Source: Camelus ferus (taxonomy: Eukaryota). Taken from it: a DNA stretch of 64,000 bases. The stretch lies in NCBI RefSeq assembly GCF_009834535.1, contig NC_045697.1, positions 41,666,001 through 41,730,000 on the forward strand, read 5' to 3'. A program made the position numbers and the translations under genes. Below the pieces are notes generated by a model, which saw nothing but the letters and a program-made list of their open reading frames with translations, was not told the origin of the DNA and ran no database searches. Within the stretch, counting starts at the first letter, position 1. Each line of letters begins with the position of its first letter. This document shows positions 29,601-42,019 of the stretch, in pieces.

Positions 29601-31039
29601 GGGGGATGATAGGGTCAAGCTATTCAACAATCTTGTTTCAAAAGTCATGCTTAGAGTTGGTTATGTCATCAAGATTGAGAGGTAAGTTGAGGTTTCGCAT
29701 TCTAGGAGAGAGGGGAAATAATCAGAAAGTATAATCCTTAATGATGCTGAAAATGAATGTGTGGTCGTGTGAAAACAAAGTTATGAGGGATGTTTATTTT
29801 GACCTTTTTTAGTCCCAAATTAAACCTGTAGGGATGAAGTCAGCATGTCTTCAGAACCAAAAGTCTATGGACTAGAAGTTTGAGGAGCTGCAGAATCAGA
29901 AAAGGGGTAGCCGGGGAGCATTCCTGAGCGCTAAATCATAGTAACCTTCAGATTCAGGGAAAAGGCTGGATCTGAACATTTTCTTCCCAAGTGTGGAACC
30001 ATTGCTTAGGCCCCAGGGCATCCATTACGTGTGAGAAGAGGGTAGAATGGATTCATCCAACTAGGAGACAGAATATAGAAAAGGTTACACTCCCTTTTTA
30101 TAAGTCTATTAAAAGTTTATGGTCTTTCACAGAGTATGCACTGTAATAAAATTATTATGTCCCTTTCTAATGGCAAGACCATTTATCATAAGAATGATAA
30201 AAACCACTTCTATAACTTGCTGCAGGTTTAATTTGGGACTCACAGAGTCATTTATGGAATAAAGTACACAGTATCTTGTGAAAGAACAGAATTTGTTGTT
30301 TATGAAGAAAGGCTTGTAATTGATAACCAAAAGAAATTCCCCACAGTTTCTAACTCCAGGGAGGATCTGATTTCCACTTTTACGTGCATTTTGAAACTGA
30401 ACTCTTTTCATGTTCCTCTGAAAGAAGTGAGGGATAAAACAGCTATGCTTCAGGCAGTTTTTCTCAAAAGTTCCTATCTAAGATGTTTGTTGTTTTGGAC
30501 TAAGTCCAGCAGAAAGCATTTTTGGTGACTTCATTTCACGACATATGCACCAGAATGCTGTTATCATGGGACAGCAACCTGTCACCACTTCTTTCTCTGA
30601 AGCAGGCTTGCTCTTGTTCTCGGCTCCATTGCCTTGTGACTCCTATTTAATCACAAAGAGAAGTCTGTTCCTAGCCAGGGTTCTTACACACACACTCACA
30701 GAGAAGTTCTAAAGTAATGGGTAGCTCCCTGACAAATAGAGGCTTTAGCAACAATCTAAGCAAAAAAATTGGACTTGCTGTGAGTTAATTTATAATACTG
30801 TGGCATAAAATCTAGCTTCCTCAAACCACTGGGTTCTAGGCAATGGGAGTGACAAAGAGCTACGGAATGTGGGGACCAAAGTCATGATGCGGCTGGATAG
30901 GAGATCACAGTGGAAACCACTCAGGATCCACAATTAGACCTGGACTCAAGATTTTATTCTACCGTGGACAAGTTCACTTCTTTCACTCCCTAAATTTTTA
31001 TTGAGCTTCAATTACAGATGGTCACTGAGGAATCATTAA

Positions 31040-31625
31040 TTGTAATAAAAAGACCTAGTTCCCATTATTTAGTTGCTTATAATACAGTAGGGTTGATAGA
31101 TAAGTAAACGAAAAATTTTAACCACTCTGGTAAATTCTATGGCAAGGAAGCACAAGGTGCTACAGAACTGAAAAGAATGGTATGTTACTCATCTGTTATT
31201 GGACAGATGAGGCTTTCCGGAAGAAGAAGAGTCTTAAATGGGACACAAAGGATGGACAATAGTTAACCAAATGAAATGGAGGTTGAGAGTAAGATCGTCT
31301 ACACAAAGGAAGCAACCTGTTCGAAGGTCAGGAGAGAAGAGAGGTCTTCCTGCAGTTCATGTGAGTAACTGTGTTGTGAGGTAATTCAGCATGACCAAGG
31401 AGAAGACCAGGCCAAGAAGCACTGTAAGTCACTGCCGGGGAGCACCCACGCTGAAGGCAGAAGGAGTGACTGTAGGAATATTAATCAGAGATGTATGTTT
31501 TAGGTGGACCATTCTTTCTGACGGGTGGGATGATGACTACTGGCAGAAAGACCATTTAGGGAGTAGTTGAGATAGTGAACTTCAGGGGCAGTGGGGATGA
31601 CAAAAGAATGACAGATTTCAAGATT
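31040..31625 (-). mobile_element. LINE-2 fragment
   Basis: Purine-rich antisense L2 phrases (gcttataatacagtagg, caaggtgctacagaa, ggctttccggaagaag, gaccatttagggag). Confidence 0.6.
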
Positions 31626-31831
31626 TTTTTGGTGGTATAATTGTCACAACTCATCTTCGTCTATGAAATGTCTTATCTAACGATATTTTAAGAGATAAGA
31701 TATTATATGTGAAAATGCTCAATAAACTTTGAAAACACATGATGCTACTAAAGAGGGACTTTTTAGCTTGTGGTGTAATTGAAATAGTTTCAACCCGATA
31801 GTTTTAACCTATATGACCTAAGGCAAGAGAG

Positions 31832-31918
31832 TCATAAGAATGATAAAAACCACTTCTATAACTTGCTGCAGGTTTATTTCTGTCTTATTATTTCTGTCTT
31901 ATTTATTTCTGTCTTATT
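31832..31918. repeat. Exact 45-bp copy of 30186-30230 followed by three tandem TATTTCTGTCTTAT units
   Basis: tcataagaatgataaaaaccacttctataacttgctgcaggttta is present at 30186-30230 and 31832-31876. Confidence 0.95.
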
Positions 31919-32891
31919 AACAAAAAGCTCAATTAGAATTATTTTCTTTTTAAATTAGTCCTTAGACTACTTCATTACTGAATGAGAAGACATGCTCTTT
32001 TTCAAAGAAGTTCATTACATGAAATGTACCAAGTGGAAAAATAGGGGTAATGATGCCTTACATTGGCACATAGTCCTCTGTGGTTGTGTTTGTAATGTGG
32101 AAACTTGTGATTCTCCAACTTCATCTTCCACAGAATACCTGAGAAACACAGTCGTCAATTCTTTATGGTCATCAGCTCATCAGCACTCATCAAGTTGGTG
32201 ATTTTTGATGGGATGTGTGGGGTACATTAGAATCTTGTGAGCAAATTATTCATTGGAAATAATCCTTCATCCTTAGGTGATTCTGTTCTTTACCCCATCA
32301 TCACCCCCCTCCCCAGCACCCTGTCCTCACCATGTATACCTTAGAAATGACTGTTCTGGGAGCAACTCGAGGACAAGGCTTTTGTCTCATTCATTTACAT
32401 CATCTATGTAACTACTTGCTCCTAGCAGTTCTCAGAATAATGAATTATTTTATTAAGGAAATGTTTATTTTATTATTTTATTTTATTTTATTAAGGAAAT
32501 ATTTATTATATTAAGGAAATGTTTTAATCACCTTCATATTGACTATTTTATTTAACCTTCCCATCCAAGAACATATTCTATATTACCCCAGCCAAAAGAA
32601 GCCCTACCACTACCTTGGGTACCATTATTCTTATTTTACAAAATTTAAGGATGACTTTTACGTAGTCCACAGCTAAAACCCTTGGTTCTAAACACCAGTG
32701 CTTATTGCACTGTGTCACAATATCCTTTAGAAAGTTCTGTTACTCTTCACAAAGGAAGTATTTTAATAATTCATGTATTGAGATTTAGAATAGAAATGAA
32801 TTTACAATAATATTTGTTATTTTTTTTCTGATAAACATGTTGTATACAAATGTGGTACATGAATGTTTCCTTATATAATGTGCCAAGTGAG

Positions 32892-33022
32892 GAAGGAGGG
32901 TGTAGCTCAGTGGTAGAGCATGTGCTTAGCATGCACAAGGTCCTGGGTCCAATCCCCAGTACCGCCATATAAATAAATAAATACTTAATTTTCTCCTCCC
33001 CAATAATAAGTTAAATAAAAAA
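32892..33022 (+). mobile_element. tRNA-Ala(AGC)-derived SINE, camelid vic-1-like
   Basis: A box TAGCTCAGTGG (32903-32913), anticodon arm GTGCTTAGCATGCAC, degenerate B box GGTCCAATCC (32946-32955), then (TAAA)n, ctcctcccc and an A-rich tail. Confidence 0.85.
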
Positions 33023-33386
33023 TTTTGGAAAGTGTTTCAAGTGTATTGAATCTACATAGGTAAAAGGGGCAGTAGTTACTAGATTAGCAGAACTCTTTTT
33101 ACCTGATTGAAAAATATCATTAATCCAAAGTGTTTATGTCATGCTCTACCATTTTACAGACAGATCAGTGCTCGGAGAGAAAAAAGGCAAAACTTGTAAT
33201 GAAAAGAATGTATATTTTAAATTAATACAAATATTTTTGGAATTGAAAAAATGTTAATTTTTTAGTTAAAATAGATAGTATTCCTCTAATGACAGTGAAG
33301 TATAGACAAATCTGTTTTCCTTAATTCTGTGACTGTGTTTCTTTACTCATTGTGGATTTGTGTCCTGGGGCTGCTCTGCTCATTTC

Positions 33387-33399
33387 CGCCATCTAGAGG
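33387..33399 (-). promoter_or_regulatory. Candidate CTCF motif (reverse orientation)
   Basis: Minus strand CCTCTAGATGGCG versus core consensus CCASYAGRKGGCR: one mismatch. Confidence 0.5.
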
Positions 33400-33857
33400 C
33401 ATATGGCTCTCTGGTTAATGTCTCTGGGATGAATTGTCACTGAGTCATGTTATTGGTATAGGAAGGCCGAGGGCCTTTTTCCTCCTGCTCATTTTGCTTC
33501 TGTCCTGTGACTGCCGGGCGGAGGAGCACGTGATACTTGGCTGACAGCAATATTTGTGTTGAATGTGCTGCCTTTTCACCCAGAACATTTTTCTGGCACC
33601 TTTATAGAACTTATTTTTGTCGTATAACATATGACTGAGGCTAATGTGGCCTTTTACCTGTGGGAAGCCTTGCAATAAAAGCTGTTGCTTCTCATACTTT
33701 TAAGTTAACATTTTTTTTCTTCAGATGCTTCCCTGTGCCATCATCATATCACATATTATGCTGAAATAATCCATTTTTAAAATTATGTCTATCTTCCCAA
33801 CTCTGCTGCTCTAACCTTCCTTGTGAGCAGGAAATTCAGCTCTACCTATCGAGTACA

Positions 33858-34774
33858 TCTGTCTGGTATTTTTGTTGTAAACTGATTGGCTGTAGGACAG
33901 TTTTGCCACAAAAGATAAGTGGTGGACAACCTGGTTTAACAGTCTGGTTATAATGCCAGTAACAGGTAATATAAAATAGGTAGCTAGGAATACACAGCAG
34001 TCTGTGAGAGCATTAATTACCGACTCTTTAGCTAATTCAGTTAAAACAGGTTGTCCTCTAATGCCATCTTTACCAAATTTATCACACAATAACTGAAGTT
34101 GGAGACAAGAGAAGAATCAAGATCGTCCCATGTCCCCCCACATAGTTACCTGATTCACGATGTTTGTAAGTTTCCTGAAAATGGTGAAAATTTGTTGCTG
34201 TTTAACTGTAGCGAACACGATGTAGACAGAATTTTGGTATTTGGCAGAGACTCTGACTTAGATGATTTCGTGAATATACAGACTGGGCATGTGCTGGAAC
34301 GTTTAAATGTAGTCAGAGCCGTGCTACAGGCTATTCCCATTACATGTATTGATAAGAGATAGCAGCGTCCCTCGTCTGCTCATTTTACTTCCAGGGGAGT
34401 CTCAAGAGACTTACAGCAGAGTTTTCTAATATCGTTAAGAACTTACGTTGGACGTTAGATCCTGAATTCTCACTGATGGACTTTGAGAAAGGAAGTATCA
34501 CCCCTTTCTCTAAGGTGCACCCAAATACAACTGTCACCGTGAGTCTACACACGTTTTCAGTGTATTCATATTTTTTTTTGTATTTTCATTTTTCACAATA
34601 CATTTTTTTTAATTGTTACTAATTTTTTAATGTTTTATTATGTCTTTTTTAATGTCCCTCTTTTATTTTACTTTTGTTATTTTATCTTTATCTTTAGCAG
34701 CAAAATTATTACCAATTCGTTGTGCAGGGAAACTACTCACAGCAAAGATTCTTAGGCGAAAATCCCTAGAAGCC
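33858..34774 (+). mobile_element. Internally deleted, decayed MULE/MuDR DNA transposon (Ricksha-like) with transposase remnant
   Basis: Frameshifted peptide segments GENLLLF...DRILVFG / DWACAGTFKCS / LFPLHVLI...PRLLILLPGESQETYSRVF* / DPEFSLMDFEKG...HPNTTV follow MULE DDE-domain motif order. Degenerate TIRs at about 33858-33913 and 34717-34774. Flanks cgagtaca / tgagtgca. Confidence 0.8.
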
Positions 34775-34979
34775 TGAGTGCAGAGAACAGTGAGAGCAGA
34801 GGCTGATGCCCAGCATATGATGGATACATGTCGCCTGAATCGAACTCAGCTGGCCTGTGTATGACTCTTCTGTAGTGTTTATAGAACTCTCATATCCAAT
34901 TTTAATTAAGCCTCTGAAAAACTCTAGAAAATGATGATTGTCCTCAACCAATCTTACTGCCCTTACCTTCTAGTACATC

Positions 34980-35720
34980 CTGACCACTTCTCATCCCTTA
35001 GTCCACAAAGACATCATCTCCACCCTGGACCATGTCGTAGTCTCTGACTTGTCTCTCGGCTCTACTCCTACTGTTTTCCCCTGTGGTCTATTCTCCAGAG
35101 TGCCTAGAGTTATCCTTTGATAATGTGAAACAGTTTGCATAATTCCTCAGCTATTATCTCTAATGGCTTCTCATCCTGTTTATAATAGAACTAAAGTATT
35201 CACCATGGCTTATCCAAGTACTCACCGTGACTTACAAGGCTCTACTTCAGTGTTGTTCTAAATTTTGTTATCATAACCCATAGTAAGAAAGGTTTTATAT
35301 TGTGACCCAGCATGCATGCATACACTGCCACCCCTCCCCCCCCATACACACAATTAAAGGAAAACCTTTACACTCTTGATATTTTCTCTCAGTCTACTCT
35401 TCTTGGCTGCATTGAAAGGAGCTGGTAATGACCCATCAGCTTGTTTCATGACTTCAATTTGCAGAAACATTGCTTTGCTTGATCTGGCCCCTGCTGACCT
35501 TTCTCATTTCATTTTCTGTGCGTCCCCCTTTCCGCTCTGCTCCAGGGTACTGGCCTCCTTGCTGTTCCCACACCAAGCAAGCTCGCTCAGTGGGGGTCTT
35601 TGCATTGCAGATTCTTCTGCCTGGAGCATTCTTCCTCCAGAAATCCACATGGCTTCCCCCATTAATATCATTTACCTCTTTGCTCAAATGTTACCTTCTC
35701 AGAGAAGCCTTGTTGAATAC
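34980..35720 (+). mobile_element. LINE-2 fragment interrupted by a hAT MITE
   Basis: Pyrimidine-rich L2 phrases (catcatctccaccctggac, tttgcattgcagattcttctgcctggagcattcttcctccaga, gctcaaatgttaccttctcagagaagcct). Confidence 0.75.
35248..35472. mobile_element. hAT-Charlie-type MITE
   Basis: Termini CAGTGTT...AACATTG with 8-bp flanks ctctactt (35240-35247) and ctttgctt (35473-35480), a 6/8 match consistent with a hAT TSD. Confidence 0.65.
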
Positions 35721-36194
35721 CTATTAAGTACTATGTACAGTGTTAGACTCTGGTGAACAGAGATACAATCTTTGTCCCCAAGATTTAGTCTCTGCAATCT
35801 AGTGAGAAGTAAAACCAGTAAATGTTGAGTGATAAGTAGTCCAGATTTTAAGCTTGTTGAAGCACATAGAAAAATCCCAACTCAGTAATGTGAATCAGAG
35901 AGGCCGCTTGGAGGGGCTAATGTCTAAATAGAAATATGAAGGATAAAGCAGGAATTATCCAAGTGAAGGAAGAAAGGCAGAAGAGAGGGTTGTGCAAAAA
36001 TCTCAGAGTCAAGAGAGGGTTGGGAGAACTGCAAATCCTTGGGGGTGATTCAGTGGAGAAGGGCGAGAAACCATTTAAGCTGATAAACAGGGACCAGGTA
36101 AGGAAGGAATGTCGAAACATTCTGATGGATGCGCTCTATCCTAAGGGCGAAGAGAAGCCATTCATAACTACCATGTATAAGGGAAATAAGCTAT

Positions 36195-36337
36195 GAGGCT
36201 AACAGCGCAGCGAATATAGCCAATATTTATAGTAACTTTAAATGGAGTGTAATCTATGAAAACTATGAATCACTGTATTGTACACCTGAAACTAATACAA
36301 TGTTGTAAATCAGCTATATATGTCAATGGAAAAAAAC
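36195..36337 (+). mobile_element. LINE-1 3' end (L1MA9/laurasiatherian-like) nested in antisense L2 sequence
   Basis: gaatatagccaatattt...taactttaaatggagtgtaatctat...gaatcactgtattgtacacctgaaactaatacaatgttgtaaatcagctata followed by an A-run. Confidence 0.85.
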
Positions 36338-37540
36338 TAGCAAAACAGAAGAATAACATTATCTGATTTGAATTTCTAAAATGTCACTCTGTCAAGTGGG
36401 ACTGGAGTAGAGAAAAGGGAGATGAACTGTGGGGGATAAACTGTAGTAACAGAGGTTAGAACTGATAATGGCCTGACAGTAGACATGGGCCACAGATTAA
36501 AGAGACGTTTAGAAGCTAGCAGTCAGCATGAATTTTAAATGGTTTGGGATAAAGAGTGGTAGGATTCAAGGATGACTTACAGCATGTAGTAGTTGGTTAA
36601 TAAATATGTGTTAAATGAATGAAAGAAAAAAAAGATTGATGACCTGGACTGGGTGATTAGTAGTGCAATTACTCAGTCTTTTCAATTAAAGAACCATAGA
36701 AAAATTTAACTTCCCAGGAACAATAAAGAGAATTTCCATTTTCAAGACGTGATTAAAGTTCTTGACTGTATCAAACTAATAAATTCAAGACCTAACATTT
36801 GAAAAAGCTATAGAACAGAATGAAAAGTAGAGAAAACTGAATTTAACTTCCTTGTCAAGCCATCGGAACATTATTTAATTAAGTTTTTAATTACCCTTAG
36901 TTCACATTATAATTACAATTTGCATTACTAGCTTTTAAGTTTCCTCTGGTCGCTTAGTGCTATGATTCTCCAAACATTAGTGCTTTCCATATGTAACAGA
37001 TTATAATATAATGCTTTGCACATTGCAGGATCTCAAGAGAAGTGTGTTGAATTATTTGTTATACATTTGAAATTAGTTTTCTCTTGCATAAAACAGTATA
37101 TGAAACTCTTCCCAAATAATCGGCTCATTGCAGACTAAGTGACTTACCCAAGGTCACTTGTCTTACTAGTGTCCGAGTCAAGGGTGCTCTGAGTTCAGCG
37201 CTGTTTCCATTTTTCCTGTGAGGGGTTTTGTGACTTGTTCAAGAAGCTCAGAGTTTCCCCTTGCTCTCTTTTGGCAAAGACTGAATTTGATTAAGAGATA
37301 CAAATCTCGTGTCCACTTTGATCACAATCCACAAATCTCTCTGTTCCTATTCTTTAAAACCACAGCAAATGATGATTTCTGTTTACAAAACATTTTTTTT
37401 TTCAGCGAGAAATAAATAGTATTAAAGACTGAGAGAAAATCACTTACTTTCTCTTGAATATTTTCTCTTGTGTCTATAGAAAGGAGGCGTGCCTAGGTAA
37501 ACGACAAAACTTGCTTTGATTACTGTGTAAGTAGTTAGAA

Positions 37541-37714
37541 CAGAGGTCTTAATCTCGGCTGCACATAAAATTACCTGGGGAGCTTTAAAATATCCTGATA
37601 CCCAGATCTCACTCCAGACCAATTAAATCAAAATCTCTGAGGGTGGGATTCAGGTATCAGCATTTTTAAAGCTCTCAGATGACTTCAGTGTGCAGCCAAA
37701 GTTGAGAATTCTTG
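37541..37714. mobile_element. MER5A-like hAT-Charlie MITE
   Basis: ggctgcacataaaattacctggggagctttaaaa...ccaattaaatcaaaatctctgagggtggga...ttttaaagctctcagatgacttcagtgtgcagcc, with the typical internal palindromy. Confidence 0.9.
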
Positions 37715-37787
37715 AGCGAGAGCAATTTGATTAAAGTCATGAACTCACTCACGCACTTTTATTTAATGTTTGCTTTTCTTTCTCCAA

Positions 37788-37803
37788 CCACAAGGTGGCA
37801 GCA
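37788..37803 (+). promoter_or_regulatory. Candidate CTCF motif (forward orientation)
   Basis: CCACAAGGTGGCAGCA versus CCASYAGRKGGCRS: one mismatch. Confidence 0.55.
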
Positions 37804-38029
37804 TCACAATACAGTGCATATACTGACCTCTCTATTGAGTGGATACTAGAAATTTATATCTGTAATACTAATTAATAGCATTTTGAGGGTTCCTCCAGCT
37901 AGAGACAGTATTGACATTTCCCCCTGTTGTTCTCTGTTGCTTTGGTTGGTTAATAAAACTTCTAAACATGTTTATTTGAACAGGTTAAATTAGCGGGAAC
38001 TATATAAGCTATAGTTGGATGGAAAAATG

Positions 38030-38180
38030 CAGAGAACGTGGATTTTGCATTCAGATAGATTTGGATTTAAAGACTGCCTGCACCACTTAGCAATAGGTTT
38101 GTTTAATCTCTTTGGGCTTCAGTTGTATACCTAGAAGAGGAGGGTTGTTGTATGGACTAAATGAGATAATATATGAAAAT
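38030..38180 (+). mobile_element. MIR SINE fragment
   Basis: cagatagatttggatttaaa...caccacttag...ttaatctctttgggcttcagtt...agggttgttgtatggactaaatgagataatatatgaaaa. Confidence 0.75.
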
Positions 38181-38429
38181 CAACTTTGTGTTCTCTCTTT
38201 TCTGCATGTGGGTTCCTTCTCTCCCCGTGTGTCCTATCTTTCAATTTCCGCTGGTGGTTATACAAATAAATATACTGTAGCTGTCTTCATTTTAAAGAAC
38301 AAAGAATCGAAGCCATTATTTTTTGTTACTACACCATTAGCAGTGGAAGTACCATCCACCTTTATAACTAAATTTCTGTAAAAAAAATTAGACTTTGTTT
38401 ACTCACAGTTACTCTAGTTCACTTCTCAA

Positions 38430-39250
38430 ACCTTGAAATTGCTTTCTCTGAGGTCACCAGTGGCCTCCTAAATGCCAGGCCCACAGAAAACTGGCATTTT
38501 GTGCATCCTTGTCATTTGAATAGGCAGACAACCTCCTCCTTCCTGACACATCCCCCCTGATTACTGTGGTGACTCCATTCCTGTTCTCCAGTCTCCATTG
38601 CTGTCTGAATTGTCTTTTTCTTCCTTTAGAATTGGGGATCCTAGGAGTTCTCTGTTGTAGCCCTATTTCTTTTCTCCCTGGGAATGTTTGGTATCTTGGA
38701 CCACAGCCTTAATTTTAATTGTTATAAATGACTTTGAAACCTATACATTGTTACCTATGGCTGTTCTGCGTTCCAGATCTATAAATCTAACAGTCACTGG
38801 CATTTAGATTGGCATTTCAAAATTAACATGTCAAATTTTGAATTGAACATGTTCCCTGTCACCCCAAACTGGCTCCTCCTCCTTCCCCACATTTCAGCTT
38901 TCAATCCATGGCACTACTTTCCACCCAGGAGACTGAACCAAATCCCTAGTCATTCTGTATGCCTCCCCCAGGCCCTTTAAATCCAGATCGTCAGAGCTTC
39001 TCAATTCTTCACCATCCCCTGCAAAAGACTTCTCGGTGGTGTTATTTAGCCTCTTACCTCACACTTAATCCTTAACACAGATCAGTCTGGCTTCTGCATC
39101 GAACAGTTCTTGTTAGGGTCACTGGCTCTATTGTGTCAGTCATGCTCCCCTGTCCTCCTTCCCTCCTGTCCAGAATGCCCCGAGAGCACTTCTTCAAATG
39201 GTCACTTGCACATGAATCCCTTTCTCTGGACCTTCCTGGGGACCCAATGC
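38430..39250 (+). mobile_element. LINE-2 fragment
   Basis: gaggtcaccagtggcctcctaaatgcca, ttccagatctataaatctaac, aaattaacatgtcaaa...gaattgaac, atggcactactttccaccca. Confidence 0.75.
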
Positions 39251-42019
39251 AAGGCACCTTAGGAAAGAAGAATTAATCAAATTAGTTTCCAGAGACAGAT
39301 TTTATTAAACTTCTATTCCCGATTGTGGAGTACTTTCAACTCATCAGACTTTTAAAGGGCATTTACTTCATCTGTAGAGTTAGAGTGTTTAATTTCTATT
39401 CAAGAGCACAGCCAATATTCCTAAAACTTGTCTAAGCAATTTTAAAAACTCAACTGATGTTTATTACAAGTTGCATTTGTCTACTTTTAGAGACAATTAA
39501 ATTTTTGATAATTGGAAACCAAGGCATTGTTTACTGCGTGGTAGAAATAACTGAAAAATAACTGTAGTTAGTCAATTATTTTGATAATTGTGCATACTGC
39601 TATTACACTTCTATTAATTTGGCAGATTGTTGGTAAGACTGTTAAGCAAACATTGAACCTCACTGTGGATCATGAAATGTTCTTGGTGCTACAGAGAATA
39701 TAAAGTTTCAGAAAAGACCAAAACATACCAAATGGTGTCATTAGCCAGATAAATAGATAAATGTACTTATAATTTAGTGCTATATAAAAATATTCTGTAT
39801 AAATGTTTATTTTCCAATCAGGAGGTTAAAATTTTAAGTTCTATTTATCAAAAATTTAAAATACATATGGAAAACTTATTCTGTATGAATAGAATCAGAG
39901 AATTTAAAATCAAATTTTACACATTTCCTTAAACAGATTTTCTGAGTTAATATTGTACTAAAATTCACTTTTCTCGGTTGGAGCCTTACAGTAAATCACG
40001 CATCTTTTGGCAATCCTTAAACTGCAAAGGTTAATAAGAAAAACAAAGCATGTTTCACTAGGACATAATATCATTTTCTTTGATCCAGCTGCTAAATGAA
40101 TAGAGAATTCACACAGGGGAAGACAATGCTATTTAAAGCTTTCGTTGGCATTTTCAACAAGGCAGCAAACACGCAGAGAGAAAAAGCTGAACAAAACCAT
40201 ATTGTATGCTTAATTAGGATAAAAGAAGCAGAAAAAAATACCAACATCTTGATGATTGTCATATGGTCAGAACATGACGGATATGGAAAAAAATGTTAAC
40301 GCAGGGCTCAGAGATGAATAAAAAGAACAACTTTGTACAATTTAGATTTTTCATATCTGGTTCTCATCTCTTTTGAGATTCATGTGTGTAGAGGTTCTGA
40401 TGTGGTCCAAGATATTTTAACAAAAAGCATTTAGGAATATAAGTGTTGACTCCTTGGGTGATGATTGCCAGATCTAGCTACATATGGAGACTGACAGAAA
40501 ATTGGAACAGAAATCAGAGTGGCAGGCTTGAATTTGTCACTGATGAAAATCTTTTGTAAGCATTGAATTATTCAGTTTCACATTTGTTCAACACTAAGGA
40601 TTTCTTCATTCCATCTTTTCTTATAAGAGATCATACATTTTATCCGTAACTCTGCCACTAATTATCTGTATGACCGTGGACAAATCACTTGTGATCGCTG
40701 AGTTGTCATGTTCTCATTTACAAATTGAGCAGGGGTGGTGCTAGATCTTCTCTAGACTCTCTTTCATCGTTAACGTTCTATAGTGCTGTTAAAAATAAGA
40801 TTACTTTGAAGATTAACAGAATAAATTCATACATTTGACTCAGTGAAGAACTATTACTTAAATATATGATATAAAATGAAGTCACAAGAGGGAGCAGTTT
40901 GTACCTTGGGAGAATCAATTAGGAATTTGAATAGATAACTGATTAAAAGATCTCTTCAGCAAGAAATCATGCCCAGCAGTAAGAACTCAAGAGAATGCCC
41001 CTCAAAATCCATTTTCTTCAATCCCAGTCTTATTATGTAGAACTGTACTCTTTTTTATGTACTTACTGGCAAGAGTCCTATTTTATGAGTTTTGCATTCC
41101 TAAAAATGGAGTAAATGGAAGGAAATGCTGACATGATGTCCTAGAGCAGGAAAAGGTGCAGGTGTAATTGTTGAGGCTCCAGTGGTCCAGAAAAATACTG
41201 CAATTCAATTGTTTTCTTCATCCTCCAATTGCTGTGTACCTGAGATCTCTAATATGCATGTTACAGTATTGCTACGTAGGCTGCTCACATAATTATCCTC
41301 CAAACACTTATGAGAATGAGGGCGCTGAGGACTATTAAAAACTACAAGGACAACAAGGCACACACTGGGACTGTTTTGGGGAAATTGAGACATATAGTCA
41401 CCCTATTTGCTTTGGTTTCCGTTTCTTGTTTTATAAAGATTTTAATTTAAATATTGCTTAGGTCTTGTTCCATCATCCCCTAGTTTAGATTCATCCCAAT
41501 TACTGTTTGCTCTGAATTGTTCTTTAAATTAAATTAAACTTTTAAACAAAGTTCTACCATTAATTAGCTATGCGAACTTAGATATTTTTAAAAAAAATTT
41601 CTTTGAATCTTAGTTTCCTGGTCTGAGGATTATTAGGTATACATAAAGAGCTTAGCATAGAGTATCTTCTCAGAAAAAAAAAAGTGGCTTCCCTTAATTA
41701 GATAAGAGAATAGTGTTTTTCATTTCTCAAGCTCTTGAAGATAGCTGAGAGAGCAGATGTAGGAACATTACAATTACCTTCTTTTTTTTCAGTGTCACAG
41801 TCTGTTCTGCAGGTCCTTTTTGTTTCATTCATATACTATATCCATATTAGCGCTGAGGGTATTTCTTCTATATTGTTCCAGTTTTTTAGGTGGTATCTCA
41901 TATTAATGTTCCCCACCAAGAAAATATCTGGATCTTTCTGGATGTGGTTGCAGTTGTGAGGTTTGGAAAATTTTATGGGTTTCAGAGGCATGCTTTCTAT
42001 CATGAAAGCCAAAATCTTT

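Noticed and set aside
32895..32968. Functional tRNA-Ala(AGC) gene
   Set aside because: Degenerate B box (GGTCCAATCC), stem mismatches, and a SINE-type (TAAA)n/A-rich tail instead of a T-run terminator.
34099..34362. Active or domesticated transposase gene
   Set aside because: Motifs are split by frameshifts and a stop, the DGTF Asp is lost, and the element is far too short.
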